64,000 nt of DNA, from positions 278,734-342,733 of the forward strand of contig JAUIFA010000003.1 in assembly GCA_030429625.1 (NCBI GenBank), given 5' to 3'. Positions 19,724 through 28,673 of the stretch are shown here, in pieces. The stretch is from Alphaproteobacteria bacterium. GTDB lineage: Bacteria; Pseudomonadota; Alphaproteobacteria; Rickettsiales; UBA8987. Under the pieces are notes generated by a model. It saw only the letters and a program-made list of their open reading frames with translations. It had not been told where the DNA came from and did not search any database. Position 1 is the first letter of the stretch; each line of letters begins with the position of its first letter. The translations under genes and the position numbers were made by a program.

Positions 19724-22042
19724 ATGTCAGATTTATGTCTACATTGTGGGCAGAAATGTCCTGATCATCAAGATTTTTGCTGTAACGGTTGCAGTGCTGC
19801 CTATGAGCTTATCAATACCGCCGGTCTTTCCTCTTATTACCAAAAACGTTTGGATGATATCAGCAACAATGTTTTAAAACCTGATGAAAATCCCAGAGAC
19901 ATTCATATTGGGGCGTTTGTTCAAACCGAAAATAACATCAATAGCCTGTATCTTATGGTCGAAGGAGTACATTGCGCGGCGTGTATTTGGCTGATAGAAA
20001 CCCTGCTTAACCGTCAGGAAGGGGTGATGAACGCGCGGGTGAATATGTCTACCAAACGGCTCACCTTGAAGTGGGAAGGGGACATAAAACGTGGCCAAGA
20101 ATTAGTTGCCATGATTGAGAGTATTGGTTACCGGCTTGTACCCTTTGATCCAAAAATTTTACGAAACGAGAATGAAGAATATCTCAAATTCCTTTTAGTC
20201 TGCTTAGGCATTGCCGGTTTTGCCGCCGGTAATATAATGCTTATCTCGATTTCTTTATGGTTTGACGGTTTTGGCATGGGCGAGGCTACCCGCAATATCT
20301 TACACTGGCTTTCTTCACTCATTGCCTTACCGGTGATTATATTCTCCGGAAGACCGTTTTTTTATTCGGCTTTTTCCGCTTTAAAAAACCGCCGTTCCAA
20401 TATGGATGTACCTATTTCACTGGCCATTATCTTAACGTCCATCATCAGCCTGATCCAGACAATGAATAAAGCCCATGATGTGTATTTTGATTCGGCTATT
20501 ATGCTGCTATTCTTTTTGCTCATCGGGCGTTATCTGGATACCAAAGCCCGCTATAAGGCAACCAACGCCTCACAGGATTTGCTATTACTCACTGCCGGTT
20601 CCGCCACCGTAATTAATGAGGATGGCAGCCAGAGTGTTATACCTAGCCAGAACATCACTCTCGGTATGAATTTGCTTGTCTGCGCGGGGGAAAAAATCCC
20701 TGCCGATGGGGTAATTCTAGAAGGCAATTCTGAAATTGATATGTCGCTGATCAATGGCGAAACCATTCCCCATATTGGTCAAAAAGGCAGTGATGTCTTC
20801 GCCGGAACGATTAATCTCAGCGCTCCCATAACCCTAAAAGTAACCAAAGTCGGGCAGGGGACTCTGCTCAACCAGATCGTCAGTATGATGGAAAACGCCG
20901 AAAAAGGGCAGGCCAAGTATGTGCGTATTGCCGACAGAATTGCCGGCTATTACACTCCCGTGGTGCATAGCCTTGCCGCGCTCACCTTTATCTACTGGCT
21001 TTTTGTTGGCGGGGAAGACTGGCAGCAATCCTTAATGACCGCGGTGACGGTTCTCATTATTACCTGCCCATGTGCCTTGGCCTTGGCCGTGCCGGTAGTG
21101 CAGGTTGTGGCTAGCCGCAGATTAATGCAGCAGGGTATCTTGTTAAAATCCGGCGAGGCTTTGGAAAAAATTCCCACCATCGATAGCATTATTTTTGATA
21201 AAACCGGAACACTGACTCTCGGTCATCCTGAACTCGTAAATAAGGCGGATATTTCGCTTGAAATCTTACAACTTGCCGCCTCCATCGCCAAAAAGAGCAA
21301 GCATCCGCTTTCGCGCGCTTTAGCAAAATCCTATCACGGGGAGCCGATAAAATTGGAAGTCACCGAAATTGCCGGTAAAGGCTTATTGGCCAAACATAAG
21401 GGCGAAGAAATACGGCTAGGAAACCGTGATTTTTGCAAGGTACAAGGTAAATCTCAGAGCTTGGAATTTTGGCTTAGTTATAAAAATCAGGACACTCATT
21501 TCATTTTTAAAGACCAGATTAGGCAAGACGCAAAGGAGATTATCTCAGATTTAAAGAGCAGGGCAATACACGTTATTCTGCTTTCGGGAGATGCAGAAGC
21601 ACCGGTAACTGAAGTCGCAGAATATCTGGATATAGACATCTTCGAACACAGCATGACGCCGGATAAGAAATACGCCTATATTGAAGCCATGCGCGATGTT
21701 GGTGGTAAAAAAATTATGATGGTGGGGGACGGGTTAAATGACGCTCCTTCGCTAGCACTGGCGGATGTATCGGTTTCTCCTTCTACTGCGATGGACATTA
21801 GCCAAAATGCCGCCGATATCATCTTCCAAGGAGAAAAACTCTACCCCATTAAAGAACTATTTAACCTGTCCACAAAAACTCAAAAATTAGTAAGACAAAA
21901 TTTTGCCATTGCCTTATGCTACAATCTATTAGCAATTCCTCTGGCGATGATGGGTTATGTGACGCCATTACTGGCCGCCCTTGCTATGAGCAGCAGCTCG
22001 ATTATCGTTATCACCAACGCATTGAGGTTAAGTAAAAAATGA
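19724..22042 (+). CDS. ccoI: Copper-translocating P1B-type ATPase CcoI/FixI
   Basis: 772 aa. N-terminal Cys-rich region, HMA-like VEGVHCAACIW, CPC transport motif, DKTGT phosphorylation site and the GDGLND hinge. Confidence 0.9.
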   Translation: MSDLCLHCGQKCPDHQDFCCNGCSAAYELINTAGLSSYYQKRLDDISNNVLKPDENPRDIHIGAFVQTENNINSLYLMVEGVHCAACIWLIETLLNRQEGVMNARVNMSTKRLTLKWEGDIKRGQELVAMIESIGYRLVPFDPKILRNENEEYLKFLLVCLGIAGFAAGNIMLISISLWFDGFGMGEATRNILHWLSSLIALPVIIFSGRPFFYSAFSALKNRRSNMDVPISLAIILTSIISLIQTMNKAHDVYFDSAIMLLFFLLIGRYLDTKARYKATNASQDLLLLTAGSATVINEDGSQSVIPSQNITLGMNLLVCAGEKIPADGVILEGNSEIDMSLINGETIPHIGQKGSDVFAGTINLSAPITLKVTKVGQGTLLNQIVSMMENAEKGQAKYVRIADRIAGYYTPVVHSLAALTFIYWLFVGGEDWQQSLMTAVTVLIITCPCALALAVPVVQVVASRRLMQQGILLKSGEALEKIPTIDSIIFDKTGTLTLGHPELVNKADISLEILQLAASIAKKSKHPLSRALAKSYHGEPIKLEVTEIAGKGLLAKHKGEEIRLGNRDFCKVQGKSQSLEFWLSYKNQDTHFIFKDQIRQDAKEIISDLKSRAIHVILLSGDAEAPVTEVAEYLDIDIFEHSMTPDKKYAYIEAMRDVGGKKIMMVGDGLNDAPSLALADVSVSPSTAMDISQNAADIIFQGEKLYPIKELFNLSTKTQKLVRQNFAIALCYNLLAIPLAMMGYVTPLLAALAMSSSSIIVITNALRLSKK

Positions 22043-22185
22043 ACGTATTATTATTTTTAGTGCCCATTGCTATCATCCTAGGCATCTTAGCCATTGCGGG
22101 TTTTCTTTGGGCGTTGCAAAACAATCAGTTTGACGACGCCGAAGGCTCTGCCAACCGTATTTTATTTGATGATGAAGACGAATAG
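22039..22185 (+). CDS. ccoS: cbb3 oxidase maturation protein CcoS/FixS
   Basis: 48-aa ORF, below the track cutoff: MNVLLFLVPIAIILGILAIAGFLWALQNNQFDDAEGSANRILFDDEDE. It overlaps the ccoI stop through an ATGA overlap. One TM helix plus the conserved QFDD-type tail. Confidence 0.8.
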   Translation: MNVLLFLVPIAIILGILAIAGFLWALQNNQFDDAEGSANRILFDDEDE

Positions 22186-22198
22186 CAGGTGAGTAACC

Positions 22199-22376
22199 AT
22201 CGTCATCCTGTGGAATTTCCTATAAATTAGCACAGGATCCATACATATGAGAAAGTGGATTCTGTGCTGTCGTTTTACTCCCCACAGAATGACGGGATGA
22301 GGTGTCATCTTCACACATAGTATGAAGATCCAGTAATTTCTGTTCTGGATTCCCAGCCTAACGACTGAGAATGACA
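22199..22376. repeat. Palindromic repeat cluster A (four GTCAT...GGATYC hairpin modules in alternating orientation)
   Basis: Modules at about 22201-22240, 22255-22295, 22302-22331 and 22345-22376. The first three match locus D (43934-44062) nearly base for base. The fourth is an inverted copy of 23448-23479 and 34281-34311. Confidence 0.85.
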
Positions 22377-22377
22377 A

Positions 22378-22409
22378 AAGAAAAACCCCCAGCGCCGAAG
22401 CGCTGAGGG
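22378..22409 (-). terminator. Rho-independent terminator of the 22425..23114 gene
   Basis: The minus strand reads CCCTCAGCGC-ttcg-GCGCTGGGGG followed by TTTTTCTTTT, starting 16 nt after the stop codon. Confidence 0.75.
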
Positions 22410-22424
22410 AATTGTTGTTGTGGA

Positions 22425-23114
22425 CTAGGGGTGACGATCTTCATTCAGCTTCTCCATTTCAAGAAGAAGGTTCATTCCTTCAAACCAGGCATTAAAGCCA
22501 AATTTTGCATCATCAAACCCTCGCCATTTGTCGTAGGGGTATCTTCCTCCACGATCGGGATTAGAATGCCCAATTTTGTGGTCATCATGCTGATGTCCAA
22601 TGGTAGAAAGCGCATAAATCTTACGAGCAAGTAAAAGGTCATCCCGCATTTCCTCATACCCAGCACGAACACTAAGAAGCTTGCCACCATATCGGCTGAA
22701 CTTTTTGTTCCAGCTATTAATCAAATCGTTAAATTTAACTAATTCACCAGGTACAGTCCAGCTATCATCAGGCCACCTACGTTTCTTGTTTAGAAGATCA
22801 ATTTCCAAAATGGCATTCATTGCCTTAATCCATTCCGAGTACTGGTTACTACGCTTATTAAGAAAAGCGCTAACCATTACATCACGAATCCTCGAGACTT
22901 CATCATCGATCTCCTGGTAACTTGCCAGGGTGTCATTGGCTTCAACAAGAAAAAGCCCACCCCACGCAGCTTTGCCATCATTATCGTTGTATTCACGGAT
23001 TTCATCGTTAATTTGATCAACGATGGAGCTCTGGGCGTAAGAAATTGACGTCAGCAACCCGAACAGAACCATGGCAAGCACAAGGCCTACCTTTTTCGCA
23101 TTGAGATACAACAT
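22425..23114 (-). CDS. Hypothetical secreted protein
   Basis: 229 aa with a signal peptide ending ...SISYAQS. No recognisable family. A His/Asp-rich segment (GHQHDDHKIGHSNPDRGG) is present. The gene has its own terminator and a long AT-rich upstream region. Confidence 0.7.
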   Translation of the reverse strand: MLYLNAKKVGLVLAMVLFGLLTSISYAQSSIVDQINDEIREYNDNDGKAAWGGLFLVEANDTLASYQEIDDEVSRIRDVMVSAFLNKRSNQYSEWIKAMNAILEIDLLNKKRRWPDDSWTVPGELVKFNDLINSWNKKFSRYGGKLLSVRAGYEEMRDDLLLARKIYALSTIGHQHDDHKIGHSNPDRGGRYPYDKWRGFDDAKFGFNAWFEGMNLLLEMEKLNEDRHP

Positions 23115-23447
23115 GGGTATCTCCTTTCAGATTTTGAATGTCCACAGTAGTACTCGTTCCATACACACCCTAGTGTACGGATCAAATACGCATTTGTTGA
23201 GTGGAAACCACTATAGACATTCGATGAAAATTCAATGAACATCAAGAAACTGTAAGTAGAATAACATCCTGACCTATAGTGGTCAATAAAAATAACCGTT
23301 TATTAGTATCTGTAAATTGTTAAATAGATCATAATTACCGTATATAATATTGTATATTATATTATTTTTACAATTTTTCTTGCATAAAATAAAATTATGG
23401 CTATTTTCTAGGTGCTTTGATATATTGATGTGCTTGTTATAACACGC

Positions 23448-23529
23448 TGTCATTCTCAGCCGATAGGCTGGGAATCCACTTTAATTAAGATGGATCCCCA
23501 TTTCGGCAATGGCCTCATGAGGATGACGC
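23448..23529. repeat. Palindromic repeat cluster B (two hairpin modules)
   Basis: TGTCATTCTCAGCCGATAGGCTGGGAATCCAC (23448-23479) plus an inverted GGATCC...ATGAC module (about 23492-23527). Same family as loci A, C and D. Confidence 0.8.
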
Positions 23530-23553
23530 ATATGGATTAAAAAGAGTAAGAAA

Positions 23554-25359
23554 ATGACCGAATCAGAAGTTAAACTCTGTGCTCAAGAACAGATGAAAAT
23601 CGACAGTAAGTATCTTAAAGGAGATATATTACAGGAGCTTAATGACGATAAGCCGGATATATCAGACTATTCCTATGAGTTGTTAAAGTTCCATGGTTCG
23701 TATTTTGCTTTTGATCGGGACAGCGCGACAGAGCGCAAAAAAGCGGGCTTGGAGAAGCGTTTTGAATTTATGATTCGTCTGCGTGTTCCTGCGGGATTGA
23801 TGACTGCCAAACAATATCTGGCGATGGACGATGTCTGTGAGAGATATTCTAACAAAACCCTGCGTATCACTACCCGTCAGGCGATTCAGTTTCATGTTAT
23901 TTTAAAAGAGAATTTTCAAGCCTGTATAGCGGATATCAATAAATCACTGCTCTCAACGCGTAGTGCCTGCGGTGATGTTACACGGAATATCACCACTAGC
24001 CCTGCGCCGTTTAAGAATGCTAAATTCACTAAATTACGGGAAGATGCTTTGGCCATCGCCGAATTTGTAAAACCCCATTCTTCAGCCTATGACGAGCTTT
24101 GGAACGGAAAAAAAGAATCTAATAGGGAAGGTGATAATGTTGAACCGCTTTATGGACAAACCTATCTCCCACGCAAATTTAAGATTGGTTTGGTTGTTCC
24201 GGAAGATAATAGCATTGATGTGTTTACTCACGATCTTGGTATTGTGCATCTTTATGACGGGGATGAGCTGATCGGCCACAATATCCTCGTTGGTGGGGGA
24301 ATGGGAATGAGCCATGAGGGTAAACTCAAATGGCATGAGAAAAAGACCTACCCACGTTTGGCAGATCCGTTGGCCTTTGTTGCACCCGATGACTTGATTA
24401 ATGCGGTGGAAGCAGTAATCAAATTACAGCGTGATTTTGGTGATCGTACCAATCGCAAACACGCGCGTCTGAAATATCTGGTCCAGGAAAAAGGATTGGA
24501 TTGGATTCGTAAAACCTTTGATGAGTATTTTGCCAAGACCAAGCCTTCTACCCCAGCGCAAGACCCACAGAAGATGGAAGAGTTTAAAATCCCATCCCAT
24601 ATGGGCTGGCATGAGCAGGGAGATGGCAAACTGTTCTTGGGTGTTCCTGTGCCTTCCGGACGAATTTGTGATTACGATGTGGAACACGAGGCCAAATACA
24701 ATACCGGCAAGAATAAACACCATGCCAATGCCCGCTATCGTACCGGTCTGCGGGAAGTGATTAAAGAATACGGCATGGATGTGGTATTAACACCAACGGA
24801 AGAAATCATCCTCTGTGATATTGATCCGGCAGACAAAGAAACCATTGCCAAAAAGCTGCAATCTTATGGTATTGTGTTGGCCGAAGACCACACACCTGCA
24901 CAACTGACCTTTATGGCTTGTGTGGCACTGCCCACTTGCGCAAAAGCGTTGGCGGAGAGCGAGCGGGTACAGTTTCATATTCTTGATGCTTTCCAAGCTG
25001 TGTTGGACAAATACGCAGTTGGCAGGGAAGAAATCTCCCTGCGCGTGACGGGTTGTCCGAACGGGTGTGCCCGCCCTTATGTAGGGGATATTGGTCTGGT
25101 TGGACGTATGCCTGGGCATTATACATTGTTTGTCGGTGGTGATTTTGCTGGAACGCGCCTTTCCACTCGCGTGTTTGATAAATTGCCACAGGATGATTTT
25201 TCCACCGCCATTGAACCGATGATCGCACGCTGGGCAAAAGAACGGCAGGACGGTGAAGGTTTTGGGGATTTTGCCCATCGAATTGGAGTAAAAAATTTAG
25301 CACAAACGGCGATAGATCAATTAAGTGAACAACATAAATGGGCGGAGTGGGCAGATTAA
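23554..25359 (+). CDS. cysI: Assimilatory sulfite reductase hemoprotein (siroheme/[4Fe-4S])
   Basis: 601 aa with nitrite/sulfite reductase repeats. Cluster and siroheme Cys motifs CVALPTC and TGCPNGCARP. Confidence 0.9.
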   Translation: MTESEVKLCAQEQMKIDSKYLKGDILQELNDDKPDISDYSYELLKFHGSYFAFDRDSATERKKAGLEKRFEFMIRLRVPAGLMTAKQYLAMDDVCERYSNKTLRITTRQAIQFHVILKENFQACIADINKSLLSTRSACGDVTRNITTSPAPFKNAKFTKLREDALAIAEFVKPHSSAYDELWNGKKESNREGDNVEPLYGQTYLPRKFKIGLVVPEDNSIDVFTHDLGIVHLYDGDELIGHNILVGGGMGMSHEGKLKWHEKKTYPRLADPLAFVAPDDLINAVEAVIKLQRDFGDRTNRKHARLKYLVQEKGLDWIRKTFDEYFAKTKPSTPAQDPQKMEEFKIPSHMGWHEQGDGKLFLGVPVPSGRICDYDVEHEAKYNTGKNKHHANARYRTGLREVIKEYGMDVVLTPTEEIILCDIDPADKETIAKKLQSYGIVLAEDHTPAQLTFMACVALPTCAKALAESERVQFHILDAFQAVLDKYAVGREEISLRVTGCPNGCARPYVGDIGLVGRMPGHYTLFVGGDFAGTRLSTRVFDKLPQDDFSTAIEPMIARWAKERQDGEGFGDFAHRIGVKNLAQTAIDQLSEQHKWAEWAD

Positions 25360-25360
25360 A

Positions 25361-25870
25361 ATGTTACCAATCACGTTAGACATTAAGGCATTAAAAGTTG
25401 TCGTTGTTGGTCAGGGAAGGGCCACAAGCAAACGTCTGGAAATGTTAAAAGAAGCCGGAGCAACGGACGTGACGCACTACACGACTCCACCCGTAGAGGA
25501 CGCGTATGACGGCGCACAGATTGTGTTTGTGGGGGATTTTGACGATCAGGAATCTGCTAAAATTGCTGAGACTGTAAGAAGTAAAAATATTCTTCTCAAT
25601 ATTGAAGACAAAAAGCCTTATTGTGACTTTCACATACCGGCCATGGTTAGAAGAGGGGATTTGCTCATTGCCGTGTCTACTTCAGGTGCAAGCCCGCGTT
25701 TGTCTGCAATTTTACGAGACTTCTTTGAAGAAGAATTTGGCCCCGAATGGGTCAATAACTTACAAGTCATCCGCATGGAGCGGGAAAAGTGGCTAAAAGA
25801 GGGGCTTAGTTACGACGAGCTGATTGCCCGCTCGGACGCGCTGTTTGAAGAATTAGGAATATTTGAATGA
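25361..25870 (+). CDS. Siroheme synthase N-terminal-domain protein (precorrin-2 dehydrogenase / sirohydrochlorin ferrochelatase, CysG-N/Met8-like)
   Basis: NAD-binding VVVVGQGRATSKRL and the ISTSGASPRLSA motif, both typical of the CysG N-domain. There is no methyltransferase domain. The ATG at 25361 lies 1 nt after the cysI stop. The track ORF begins at 25325, an alternative start. Confidence 0.8.
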   Translation: MLPITLDIKALKVVVVGQGRATSKRLEMLKEAGATDVTHYTTPPVEDAYDGAQIVFVGDFDDQESAKIAETVRSKNILLNIEDKKPYCDFHIPAMVRRGDLLIAVSTSGASPRLSAILRDFFEEEFGPEWVNNLQVIRMEREKWLKEGLSYDELIARSDALFEELGIFE

Positions 25871-26613
25871 ACTCTGAACGCTTAAATCGATTGCAGGCAT
25901 TTTACGGTGACTTTGGCGCCGAGACGTTACTGCGCGCCATGATTAAGGACGAGTTTCAGGGAAAAGTTGCGTTGGTTTCTTCTTTTGGTGCGGATTCTGC
26001 CTTGCTGATTAAGCTGGTGGCGGACGTAGATCCGAACACACCAATCCTGTTTCTGGATACGGGAAAACATTTTCAAGAAACATTAGATTATGTAGACCTG
26101 TTAGAAAAACAACTGAAACTAACCAATATTCGTCGTTTAAAACCACGAGAAGATTTGATCAACAACATCGACAAAGACGGTACGTTGTGGCAGCGCCAAG
26201 TCAATCGCTGCTGCTGGTTGCGCAAGGTAGAACCGCTGAACCGCGTCATTGAAAGCGGGGAGTTTGAAGCCCTGATTACTGGCCGAAAACGCTACCAAAC
26301 CTCTGATCGGCAAGATATCGACAATGTAGAGCTATTTGATGATGGATTATTTAGAATCAATCCTTTATGTATGTGGACCAAAAATGACATAAAGGAAAAA
26401 TTTAAAGAATTTAATTTGCCACAACACCCTCTGGTAGCAAAAGGTTACCCTTCTATTGGCTGTAAACCGTGCACCAATGAGGTCAAACCAGGGGAAGACG
26501 AACGCTCAGGAAGATGGGCACATACGTCCACCGAAGGCAAACAAAAAACTGAATGCGGGATCCACACCGGACTGGAAGAAAATGTTTCCGACTGGTTAGG
26601 CGGCGGACTCTAA
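25867..26613 (+). CDS. cysH: Adenylylsulfate (APS) reductase, thioredoxin-dependent, Fe-S type CysH
   Basis: 248 aa with the catalytic ECGIH motif. The Cys-Cys pair (NRCCWLRKVEPL) and CxxC (GCKPCT) are diagnostic of [4Fe-4S] APS reductases. ATGA overlap with the previous gene. Confidence 0.85.
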   Translation: MNSERLNRLQAFYGDFGAETLLRAMIKDEFQGKVALVSSFGADSALLIKLVADVDPNTPILFLDTGKHFQETLDYVDLLEKQLKLTNIRRLKPREDLINNIDKDGTLWQRQVNRCCWLRKVEPLNRVIESGEFEALITGRKRYQTSDRQDIDNVELFDDGLFRINPLCMWTKNDIKEKFKEFNLPQHPLVAKGYPSIGCKPCTNEVKPGEDERSGRWAHTSTEGKQKTECGIHTGLEENVSDWLGGGL

Positions 26614-26637
26614 TAGGAAGTAAGATAGGATAATAGA

Positions 26638-27486
26638 ATGACCAACGACAATATGAACCACTTAGACAAGCTTGAAGCCCAGTCAATTTATATCTTTCGT
26701 GAGATGTTTAACAAAATTGATAACGTGGCGATGTTGTGGAGCTTTGGTAAAGATTCCAACGTGATGATCCATCTAGCGCGCAAGGCATTTTTTGGCAATA
26801 TCCCATTCCCGCTGATTCATTGCGATACGGAGCTGGAATTCCCTGAAGTATACGCCTTCCGTGATCAATATGTTAAAGAGTGGGGAGTTGATTTTGTAGG
26901 CCCAGTCTGCCCTCCTATTGAAGAAACAGATCAATCACTCCCATGGGCAGCGCGCGTTGCCGCCCGTAAGACTCTTGGTCTAAAAGAAGTGCTAAACAAA
27001 CACAAATTTAACGGTATTGTCACCGGCATCCGCCGTGATGAAGAGGGTACACGTGCCAAAGAACGTTATTTTAGCCCCCGCAATTTAGAAGGCCAATGGG
27101 ACGTAAAAGATCAGCCGCCAGAATTTTGGGATCAGTTTATGACCGACTTCCCTCCGGGAACGCATGTGCGTATCCATCCTTTATTGCATTGGACAGAATT
27201 GGACGTTTGGCTCTACATCAAACGTGAGGGGATTCCGATTGTGCCACTGTATTTTGCTCAGCCATACGGTGAATTCCATGGTAAAAATTTTGGCGGGAAA
27301 ATGATGCGCTTCCGTTCTTTGGGAGAAATTGGCATCACCTGGCCACTAGAATCAGAAGCCGACGACATTGACAAAATCATTGCCGAGCTTCGGGTTACTA
27401 AAACATCCGAACGTTCTGGTCGGCCAATGGGCAAGGACGAGGACGAAGCCGCATTCGAAAAATTACGTCAAGAAGGGTATATGTAA
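26638..27486 (+). CDS. cysD: Sulfate adenylyltransferase subunit 2
   Basis: 282 aa PAPS-reductase-fold ATP sulfurylase small subunit (LWSFGKDS..., GIRRDEE, C-terminal EGYM). Confidence 0.9.
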   Translation: MTNDNMNHLDKLEAQSIYIFREMFNKIDNVAMLWSFGKDSNVMIHLARKAFFGNIPFPLIHCDTELEFPEVYAFRDQYVKEWGVDFVGPVCPPIEETDQSLPWAARVAARKTLGLKEVLNKHKFNGIVTGIRRDEEGTRAKERYFSPRNLEGQWDVKDQPPEFWDQFMTDFPPGTHVRIHPLLHWTELDVWLYIKREGIPIVPLYFAQPYGEFHGKNFGGKMMRFRSLGEIGITWPLESEADDIDKIIAELRVTKTSERSGRPMGKDEDEAAFEKLRQEGYM

Positions 27487-27530
27487 TTATACCTAAAAAT
27501 GAAGTTACTTATAAAATTAGGAGAAAAATT

Positions 27531-28040
27531 ATGATTAAAAATTTTATTATCACATTACTAATCACCCTCATTGCAGTGCCGTCTTATGCGGATGAAGCCT
27601 CTCATAGAGCTGTAGCAGAGGAGTTATTTAAACTTGCAAAGGCTGAAGAGGCAATGAAACCACTTGAAACTGCCAGCACATCCATGATGGAGCAAAGTTT
27701 ACGTCAGGCATCGACTTGTTTTACCGATGAAATCATCGCTGACATTGTAGGAGAAGTAAAAGAGATTCTTGATATGGAAGGATTAATTGCCCTAACAAAG
27801 AAAAAATCCATTGAACTATACATACAAAATTTCACAGAAGAAGAAATAACAGAGATTGTTGCTTTCTATAAAAGTGAGGTTGGTCAGAAAATGGTAGATT
27901 CAATGCCAAAAATAATGCAGCAAACTCTTCCTCTTGGACAAAAATATGCGGCAGAAAAAATGCCAAAGATTCAAGAATTTATGCAAGGGGTTATTCCTAA
28001 ATATATCAACAAAGACAAGAGCTGTAAAAAACCGGAATAA
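27531..28040 (+). CDS. Secreted DUF2059-like protein
   Basis: 169 aa with a signal peptide (…AVPSYADE). The segment IVAFYKSEVGQKMVDSMPKIMQQ resembles the DUF2059 signature. Two Cys residues. The gene is inserted between cysD and cysNC. Confidence 0.65.
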   Translation: MIKNFIITLLITLIAVPSYADEASHRAVAEELFKLAKAEEAMKPLETASTSMMEQSLRQASTCFTDEIIADIVGEVKEILDMEGLIALTKKKSIELYIQNFTEEEITEIVAFYKSEVGQKMVDSMPKIMQQTLPLGQKYAAEKMPKIQEFMQGVIPKYINKDKSCKKPE

Positions 28041-28043
28041 TCC

Positions 28044-28646
28044 ATGATATATTTTTTTCTTATCCTTATTGGCCTGCTTTCATCTTTTTCTGCTTCAGCT
28101 CAAGAGATAGAAACCAACAACAAAGAGCGTTATGCTTATCGTGTTGCTAACGAGATTGTTGGTTTGATCATTGAGCAAGAAGGGGTTGAAGATTATGTTG
28201 CCTATGAGATTGATAGAATAAAGAAGAATGTCATTGTGAAGCTACGTTGTTTGAATGAAAAAGACAGGGAATATATTTTTAGTAATATTGAGTTGGGACA
28301 TTTGATCCGTCTGATGAATAAAAATGGTTTTGTGCCCTATCTAATGAAAAAATTTACTGAGAGTGAGTTGCAAGTACTCTACCAGATGGCCGAAGAAGAC
28401 ATGTTTAGCTATCTGGCAGACAAAAGTAAGTCCACCGCAGATATGAGCAAGACACAACTAACTCTTATGTTTGAATTTGCCACCTCAAACATTGCGGTAA
28501 AAATGCAGCATAGTAAAAAAGAGTTGGAAAATTTAATCAATGAAAAAGCAGAAACGATTGTTTTTGATGTGATGAAAGACGCAAGGGACAAAGCAAAGGA
28601 AGTTTTAAAAGCAAAAAATATATCGCTGCGTAATTGCAGCACTTAA
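28044..28646 (+). CDS. Hypothetical secreted protein (possible distant paralog of 27531..28040)
   Basis: 200 aa with a signal peptide (…SFSASAQE). Helical, Lys/Glu-rich, two Cys residues. It starts 3 nt after the preceding stop. Confidence 0.6.
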   Translation: MIYFFLILIGLLSSFSASAQEIETNNKERYAYRVANEIVGLIIEQEGVEDYVAYEIDRIKKNVIVKLRCLNEKDREYIFSNIELGHLIRLMNKNGFVPYLMKKFTESELQVLYQMAEEDMFSYLADKSKSTADMSKTQLTLMFEFATSNIAVKMQHSKKELENLINEKAETIVFDVMKDARDKAKEVLKAKNISLRNCST

Positions 28647-28673
28647 TGTAACGGTAAATTAAAAGAGTAAAAT

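Noticed and set aside
22162-22377. 71-aa minus-strand ORF downstream of ccoS
   Set aside because: It is read through repeat cluster A and overlaps the 3' end of ccoS on the opposite strand. I treat it as a repeat-derived artefact.
24787-25278. 163-aa and 130-aa minus-strand ORFs inside cysI
   Set aside because: They are antisense shadows of a confidently identified sulfite reductase gene.
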